A stretch of 64,000 bases of DNA from Eledone cirrhosa (lineage: Eukaryota): contig OZ024742.1 in the NCBI GenBank assembly GCA_964016885.1, positions 12,896,001 through 12,960,000 on the forward strand, written 5' to 3'. The notes below the pieces were generated by a model. The model was given only the letters and a program-made list of their open reading frames with translations, did not search any database and was not told the origin of the DNA. Shown here piece by piece: positions 55,386 to 64,000 of this stretch (its first letter is position 1; every line of letters begins with the position of its first letter). Position numbers and translations under genes: made by a program.

Positions 55386-58300
55386 ATGACCCTCTCAAAG
55401 TATAACAATATCGGTTTCAACACACGTTTTCAGATAAAGAATCTTGTTAAACAAATTCAGAAACGAAATATCGTAAGCCTTAGCCAGGCTAACAAGATAC
55501 TGAAAACCACCATGTTCTGTTGTCTACGAAAAACAATAACATCTTGACAACTACACTTCATAAAAGAATGTGCCCCGTCCCGAGTTTACACCAACACCAT
55601 CAACACCGATGTAAGAAGATTACAGCTCACCAAAAAGCAAGCAGATAGGCTAAAACGAACACTAATTCTAAACATAAAAAAGAAGATCTATAGAGAATTA
55701 AGTCATCAAGAAAAACATAAGCGTAACCTAATACAAGAAATAACTAAGATCACCACACCAAGAGAAAAACTAATATTTATAAACCTTATACGTCCTGAAG
55801 AACAGTACATTGTTCAATAATGTGATAAGCACTTTAACAAGAAACTAAAGTGGCTTAAACAGATAAAACTAAATCAAGATACTTTAGAGAATATCAATAG
55901 ATATCCCGACAAAATTGACGGTATAAATATGGCCGACATCTCATTAACAGATGAGTTCAACAACAACAACACAAATATATACGGCAACACTACGGTCGAC
56001 TCTGATGAATTATCTGTATTACAACTGCCGCCTAAGTATGCCACATTCAATAAGGTAAATATGATTAGATGTTTGTCAGAAATAGAAAAATCATTTACAA
56101 AATTACGTTGGAGCCTCAAAAACAAAAACAAAAGTAACAACATACGCACACACATATACAACACACATCCCAACAACAACAGACACACAGACACAAACAA
56201 CAATAACAACTACACACACATCAACAATAATAACATACTCAGAAACAACAACAAAAGACACGCAGACACAAACAACAATAACAACACACACAACAACAAC
56301 AGCACACATCATCAACAACAACAACAACAACACACACACATACAATGCCTCTCACCACCACCACAATCTTAACAAACACACAGACACAGAAAACAGGTAA
56401 TGGCAGTAGCACAGAAATAAGGGAAGGTAATAGGATTGAAAAGAGAAGGGAGACTATGGACAGAGAAAATAACCAAGACGAACACACAGACACACAAAAT
56501 AGAGTAGATAATAACAATGAGCCAGAGGAAAGAGACATAGAAACAACCATGAGGCTGTTGGTGGAAATAGAAATAGAAACAACACAACTAACAATAACAA
56601 TAGCACTAGTACACATAAAGCAGCAGCCTGGAACTCTACTTTTTTATAATCCCTCCGATAAGTCGTTCGACCTGCGACGAGTCCACGCCACGACTTTAGC
56701 TTTTAACAAACGCACGCAATTGCCGTCGCAGGTCGATGAACAAACAGAAGCACTATTTAGTATAGCTAGATCTAAACTTAGAAACATTATAGAACAGTAT
56801 AGCAAGAAGCATAATAGAATGGAGGCCCAGCAACTGGGAGAAAAATCTGCAAATGGCTTGCGTAAGCTCATGCAGCGCTCGCGTAATGGAGAGATAGCAT
56901 ACTTTCCAACAGACAAGTCTGGCAGAATGTCGGTTGACAGTCTGCCAAACTACATCCAGGCAATGCAACCCCACATCACTAACACAAGAGAAGTAACACC
57001 ACAAGAGCATGAGGATAGAGAAAAAGCCCTCAATGCCCATATGGTGATGTGGACAAATATAATGCAGCCCAACAAAAGGACTGCCAACAACTTCCAGGCC
57101 TGGAACAATGACGTGCCAGCGTTGTATGGGCTTCGAAAAGACCATAAAACGAGCAGTGACCCTGTCACGGGACCACCAACACGGCCAGTCTATGGAGCTA
57201 ACATTGCTAGTAACTACAGACTGTCCTACTTCCTCTCCCTGATCATACGCCCCATCATTGAAATGTCCCCAGATGTATGTGACAGCACGGAGGACCTCCT
57301 CAGCAGAATCATCAGCGAGAGTAACCGATCTAGGGACCTAACAAACTGCATAATAGGTAGTATGGATGTTGTGTCCCTGTATCCATCTATTGACGTGGAT
57401 TTTGCTGTGGAGAAATGCGTAGAAATGATCAGTGAGAGCAATGTTGAGTTCCGTGGGATTGATACCAGTGAGCTGGGACTCCTACTTAAACTTACCTATA
57501 GTAATAATTATCTAGACACATATGACCTTAGCAACCTGTGCCCTACAAGACCAGCAAGAGGCAGACCACCTACCATTACCTCAATGGCCAAAAAAATCCA
57601 CACAGATAGATGGAACGGGTGTACCAGAGCCATACGGACCCCTTGAAAACCACGATGAACTAAAGAAAATGATTGCACATGCGGTGGAGGCCAGCATAAA
57701 ATTAACCCTTAAGGAACATATGTTCAAATATAATGGAAAAACATATGCCCAAGAGGAGGGAGCAGCCATTGGTGTTAGCATTGCAGGCGACATAGCTAAC
57801 TTATTCATGGTATGGTGGGACAGTAGACTTAAACTTAAACTTAAAGAACAATTACAAGACCCCTTAACTCTGATAATGTACTCCCGCTACGTTGATGATA
57901 TAAACATCGTAGTTAAAACACCCCTACTAGAGAACAGTCAGGAATTAGAGAAAAACATAATGGAAAGCATCCAGCAAATAGCTAACTCCATCCACCAGAG
58001 TATTAGAGTTACTATAGACTACCCAAGCAAACACCCCAACCATCGATTACCTGTACTAGACACAGAGCTCTGGTTAGATACCATTAATAACAAAAACCAA
58101 ATCCTCCATTCCCATTATGCCAAACCCATGACTTCCAAATATCTTATCCACCGAAACTCAGCTGTTTCGGACCATACCAAAATCAACATACTGATTGCGG
58201 ATTTGGTACGGGTGATGAGAAACGTGTCCCGCATGTGCAACCCCGAAGAACTAGAGAGACACATACAACACTTCATCCACCGTATGCAGTTCTCTGGTTA

Positions 58301-59018
58301 CAATCAGAGAGATAACATCAGAGTGTATAGAGGAGCCAGAACCAAATGGGAAAAATGTTTAAATAATGACACAAATGGGACCTACCCCTTGTATAGGAGC
58401 AAATTTTGGAATAGAATAGAAAGAACTAGGAATAAGGCTAATAGAATAAACTCATGGTATGATAGCAATAAATACCAGAGTCTAATGCTCATCGATACAA
58501 CCTCTAGAGGTGAATTATCTTCCAAATTTAGAAAGGCCCAAGATAAACATAAACTCAATATTAAGATAGTAGAAAGACCAGGTACCTCCATAAAAACACT
58601 TATTAGCAAGACATACCCTTTTCAAAGAGCCCCCCTGTATAGATAAGAAATGTATAACCTGTAAATTAAGCGTCCATATTAACTGTAAAACTAGAAATGT
58701 AGTATATAGCATAAGATGTACTGAAGGACAATGTAGAGATAAAAATATAGTGTACATAGGTGAGACAGTTCGTAGTGTAGGGGAACGGAAAATGAACACT
58801 GGCGAGACCTTCAAGATAGTAAAGAATCATCTGTACTCTACCAACATGCTAAAATAGAACATAAGGGTAAATTAGAGAACATAGAAATAAAAATAGAATC
58901 TACACACAGAAAAGACGCAATGTTTAAACAAATCACAGAGGCAATAAACATAAAAGAATTACAACCATAATTAAATAGAAAACATGAGTGGAACAGCAAC
59001 ATCACAACTTACAATTAA
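55386..59018 (+). pseudogene. PLE polyprotein (N-terminal region, RT, GIY-YIG) with stops and frameshifts
   Basis: ATG 55386 in pLTR; TDKSG, LYGLRKDHK, SMDVVSLYPSI, GAAIG, RYVDD; manual NVVYSIRC...VYIGETVRSVGER at ~58696-58790. Confidence 0.92.
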
Positions 59019-59307
59019 TTTACCCTTATGTTCTATTTTAGCATGTTGGTAGAGTACAGATGATTCTTTACTATCTTGAAGGTCTCGCAGTAACATCACA
59101 ACTTACAATTAAGGACAAAATGAAAACACACACGCACATAGAACAAACAACCAACCAGTAACATGTAAATAAACAAATAAATAAACGAATATAAACACAC
59201 AGACACCCAGATGTGGCGCATGCCCAGACTGAGCACACAACACACAGAAACAAGATGGCGTAGGACAGAACAAAGGAGAGGAACAAAAACAAAGAAAAGA
59301 AACCCCA

Positions 59308-59350
59308 GTCACTGAAGAATTCACAGAATGTGTGACGAAAGAACTTTGAC
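59308..59350 (+). ncRNA. pLTR hammerhead, 3' copy with weakened stem II base
   Basis: GTCA-CTGAAGA-at-TCACA gaatg TGTGA-c-GAAAGAACTT-TGAC. Confidence 0.65.
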
Positions 59351-59558
59351 AATATATAAACAACCATCTGGTTGTGGAACCAACCAACCAACCGGAAATT
59401 TACAAATTCCTAAATTTATAAATTTATTATAATAAATTGAAGTGAAATCAACTGGTGCGTGTGTTTCTTATTGGCAACATGACCCTCCCAAAGTATAACA
59501 ATATCGGTTTCAATACACGTTTTCAGATAAAGAATCTTGCTAAACAAATTCAGAAACG

Positions 59559-60089
<531 letters not shown>

Positions 60090-61374
60090 GGAAAGTTATA
60101 TTTAAAATTGTTGGGTTACAACTAGTAAATATTTATAACTGATATAAAAGCACTCGACAAATATTTGGAGTATATTTACAATATTAAATAAATGGAAAAC
60201 TATATTTATAAAACCATATTTATTTCATTATATATATTTCGGGGATATCATATTAACAATATGCTATGCCTTCATCAGACAAAATACAATATAAACAGTT
60301 TTATAGATAAATAGATTCGACATACCGTTATAACACCGACTTCATTTGAAGAGGTTTAAGCTGGCAGTGAAAAAATTTTACACAGAGAGAAAGAAAGAGA
60401 GAAAACAGAAAGAAAGACAGAAAACGAAGAAAAGGAAGAAAAAGAAGAGAAAGAGGAAATGCATGGAACAAAATAGAGAGATGGAAAGATAGATAAAGCG
60501 AAGAACTTCATGTAAAGAAACAGAAAGAGATATATATATATAGAGAGAGAGGAAATAGAGATAGATACATATATATATAGATAATTAGGTGGTGGGAGGT
60601 CATTTTGAGTAAATGTATCAATGATACGTTTATTTATTTATTTATTTATTTAGCTCAAGTATTAATGTAAGGGAGATATATAGAGAGGGAAACAATATAG
60701 AGAGAGGAAAAAAATAGCGAGAGGAAAAAAAATATAGAGAGAGGAAAAAAATAGCGAGAGAAAAAAAAAAAAAAAAAAAAAAAAAATTTTTAAATAGTCA
60801 GATATATTCGAGGCGTAAAAACCCTATGTTTTAATGTATTAGTATTTATAAAACTTACACTATATTGTAAATATCAGTATTCTTGAATGAGACAAGTATC
60901 CATAATGTGTGAAAATTAATTATCTTATGTTTAGTTTTAAAAAATTCATATGTTTATGTGACAGCTACAAACATCCATGCGAATCCAACTGATTCACTCT
61001 GCAAACTCTAAGTTCACGGAAAACATTCTCAATGTGGTATAAAAATTTGAGCATACAAATATGTGTATTATTATTCCTGTCATTACTCTACAAGATTATC
61101 TATCAAGCAGAAATAGAGAGCAGATTTCAATATACTAATAAAAATATATATCATAAACAAAACTAAAAATAAAAAGATAACAATAATAATAATAAGTAAA
61201 AATATAGAATAGAAAACTAAAAAAATATTACGAAAGAATATTACATAATAAATAATAAAAATATTATATATTAAACATACTACGTATTAAAAAATATTAC
61301 GTATTAAAAATTTACATATTAAAGATATTAAAAATAAAATAAAATAAAAAATAAAAAATATTATAGAATACTAC

Positions 61375-61503
61375 AATAATAAAAATAAAAATAAAAATAA
61401 AAATAAAAATAAAAATAAAAATAAAAATAAAAATAAAAATAAAAATAAAAATAAAAATAAAAATAAAAATAAAAATAAAAATAAAAATAAAAATAAAAAT
61501 AAA
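61375..61503. repeat. (ATAAAA)n hexanucleotide repeat in the PLE 3' UTR
   Basis: Direct. Confidence 0.95.
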
Positions 61504-61859
61504 CCACAAAGATCAACCCTTCAAAGTTAATTGACAATATATTGCCAAGTTCATTACAAGACAAAGCCAAAAATTATCTATCAAATCACATCTAGCAAAG
61601 ATCCTTTCAAAAAGATTATGATGTCCAATTAGGTCTACATATGTTCTTATATTTAATATAGAAGTTTATCTAGTGTAAGGTTTATTCAAAAAATTTGGAG
61701 CATCAGCTTTTAGGGTAGCTTAATTTTTCATGAGGAATGTTTAGATAAAAATAAAATAAAAATAAACAATAAAAAAGAGTAAAAAGAAGGAATCAAAGAT
61801 TTAGGAATCAAAAATTTATCGGCTAGTTTCCCATATAAATATAAATCAAACAAAATATA

Positions 61860-63090
61860 CTACATTTTAAATTTAAATTTATATTTAAACGTTGAGTTTA
61901 ATCTATGTTTGCAACAACTGAATAAATTTGTCCGTAGGTTAAGGGAATTTTTAGATTTTAGTATAAAGAATATCTCCTCTGCGCAGAGGTCACATGTCTC
62001 AGAGGATGAATTAAAAGGAATCCCTCTTGAGACTATATTCCAAGCCGTCGAATATCTAACGTTATCTAGCTTAAGTTGCCAGAGTACGCCTGATAGTGCC
62101 GTTGAAGATTTTTTACTTGGATCTGTGAAATAATTCTTGTGGTTATTATAGCGAAGTTTAAATTCCGTCGATGTGGAACCGACGTAGTTAAAAGAATTAG
62201 AGTCAGTATTAACATTACAATTGTATACTATATTTTTAACTAAGCAGTTGTTATTTAACGGACATTTAGATCTATCTCTACAGTTACATTTGTTAACTTG
62301 TATATTATTTATGCTATTATCAGTAGGTTTTAAGTTCCTATTATTTATTCTATTAATATTTTGTGCTAAATTTTTGGTGGATGAGTAGGTTAATTTAATT
62401 GTATGCCTATTGAAAATTGAGTGATACCTATGTGTTCTAGGGAAGCGATTATCAAGAGCTTTGAAAAATAATTTAGCGATGTGGGTTTTAATGTTTAGTG
62501 AGAAAGGGGGGCAAACCAAATTATGTTCCTAGTTCTATTTCTTTTTTGTCCTTTGGAATTATTGTAATGCTTTCTATTATAGTTGTTAATGTTGTTGCCG
62601 TAATTAAAAAAGTTGTTACTTTGTTTAGTTTGTCTATCATTATCTATGTACACAATCTTATCAGCATATCCTGCCCTAGCTAGTGCTTCATTATAGTATT
62701 GGGCCTTTTCGTCGAAAATCTTTCTATTCGACGAGATCCTAGAGATACGTTTTTGAACTGAGTTTACTATAGTGTTTTTGCCAGATCTGGGGTGGTTAGA
62801 GTTAAAGTTGACATAGTTTAAGTTTTCATTCAACTTGTGAAAAGGATAGTGGAGACATGTGTTGAGATTTAATGTTATATCTAGGAAATTGACTATTCTA
62901 TGGTTGTTCTCAATTTCTATTTTAAGGTTAAAGTAATTAAAAATTTTTGTAATTTGTTTACATTTTCTATTTAGTTCAGGGTTATTATTATTAATAAGTA
63001 AAAGCATGTCATCCCTATATAAACCTCCGGTAGTACCAGGTATTTTCCTATGTAGCGAATTGATTAAAAATAAGCCCACAAGGTCAGTTA
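61860..63090 (-). pseudogene. PLE ORF C-terminal half (RT YRDD, thumb, GIY-YIG), one frameshift near 62510
   Basis: GLYRDD, VNFLDITLNL, SNHP, NIVYNC...YVGSTSTEFKLRYNNH, CDLC...CCKH. Confidence 0.92.
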
Positions 63091-63460
63091 CCTCTCTCTC
63101 TATATATATATATATCTTTCTGTTTCTTTACATGAAGTTCTTCGCTTTATCTATCTTTCCATCTCTCTATTTTGTTCCATGCATTTCCTCTTTCTCTTCT
63201 TTTTCTTCCTTTTCTTCGTTTTCTGTCTTTCTTTCTGGTTTCTCTCTTTCTTTCTCTCTGTGTAAAATTTTTTCGCTGCCAGCTTAAACCTCTTCAAATG
63301 AAGTCGGTGTTATAACGGTATGTCGAATCTATTTATCTATAAAACTGTTTATATTGTATTTTGTCTGATGAAGGCATAGCATATTGTTAATATGATATCC
63401 CCGAAATATATATAATGAAATAAATATGGTTTTATAAATATAGTTTTCCATTTATTTAAT

Positions 63461-63516
<56 letters not shown>

Positions 63517-63666
63517 AACATAAATTATCGAGATTCGCATTTCGGTCCACGAAATAACGAAAAACAACCTCCGAGATGTGTGGCAAGTGCTCAATGATTA
63601 GGATGAACCAGAGCTATAACAAACCTTAAAGGCCAAACACACTGAGACGATGGTTAAACAATCATT

Positions 63667-63722
<56 letters not shown>

Positions 63723-63781
63723 TATACATATATATACATATATATATATACATATATACATATACATATATATATATATAT

Positions 63782-63875
<94 letters not shown>

Positions 63876-63877
<2 letters not shown>

Positions 63878-64000
63878 CGAAGGAAATGTGGTAAGGAACC
63901 AGGTGGACCATAACGCACCAAAGTACTCAATAGGAACAAGTGAGACCCCGACGGCTGAGCTCAAGCCGTTTCGACGGCTAATTCTGTACAGAATTAGCCG
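63876..64000 (-). mobile_element. Family P cassette, runs off the window end
   Basis: GTGGTAAGGAACC...AAGTACTCAAT...GACCCCGACGGCTGAGCTC...CGGCTAATTCTGTACAGAATTAGCCG. Confidence 0.8.

Larger units (their letters stand above)
54386..59562 (+). mobile_element. Near full-length Penelope-like element: inverted pLTR (54386-54987), 5' pLTR (54989-55450), ORF, 3' pLTR (59089-59562)
   Basis: Three near-identical pLTR copies, one inverted; (TA)n on both flanks; ORF between the direct copies. Confidence 0.93.
60090..63465 (-). mobile_element. 5'-truncated Penelope-like element with inverted pLTR (60178-60552 mirrored at 63091-63465)
   Basis: ~375-bp inverted repeats; HHR-like CTGATGA...GAAA at 60228-60282 (-) and 63361-63415 (+). 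Confidence 0.9.

Noticed and set aside
55545-55547. In-frame TGA in the PLE ORF as selenocysteine (Naiad-like)
   Set aside because: The endonuclease is C-terminal here, the ORF also has a TAA and frameshifts, and CGA>TGA decay is simpler.

Overview
Gene-poor, AT-rich animal DNA dense in (TA)n/(CA)n microsatellites. The repeat style suggests a cephalopod (Octopus-like), which is an inference only. No host protein-coding exon is recognisable; nearly all listed ORFs are simple-repeat artefacts. The window holds five Penelope-like retroelements (PLEs; RT and/or GIY-YIG endonuclease), one near full-length with direct and inverted pseudo-LTRs (pLTRs). It also holds 3' fragments of CRE-type, Tx1/L1-type and I/Nimb-type LINEs, two tRNA-derived SINE families, a mariner-type MITE family, a probable non-autonomous Helitron, and several large satellites. 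The main hidden signal is non-coding: about 20 intact, variant, degenerate or half hammerhead-ribozyme (HHR) motifs from several unrelated families, read by eye on both strands, some with a compensatory U3:A8 core. Many sit in short cassettes inside microsatellites, fold back into palindromes at or near the ribozyme (twice extending into flanking DNA), and share a downstream RTYGAGTRCTY motif. All folding and alignment was manual; boundaries are approximate and no activity is shown.
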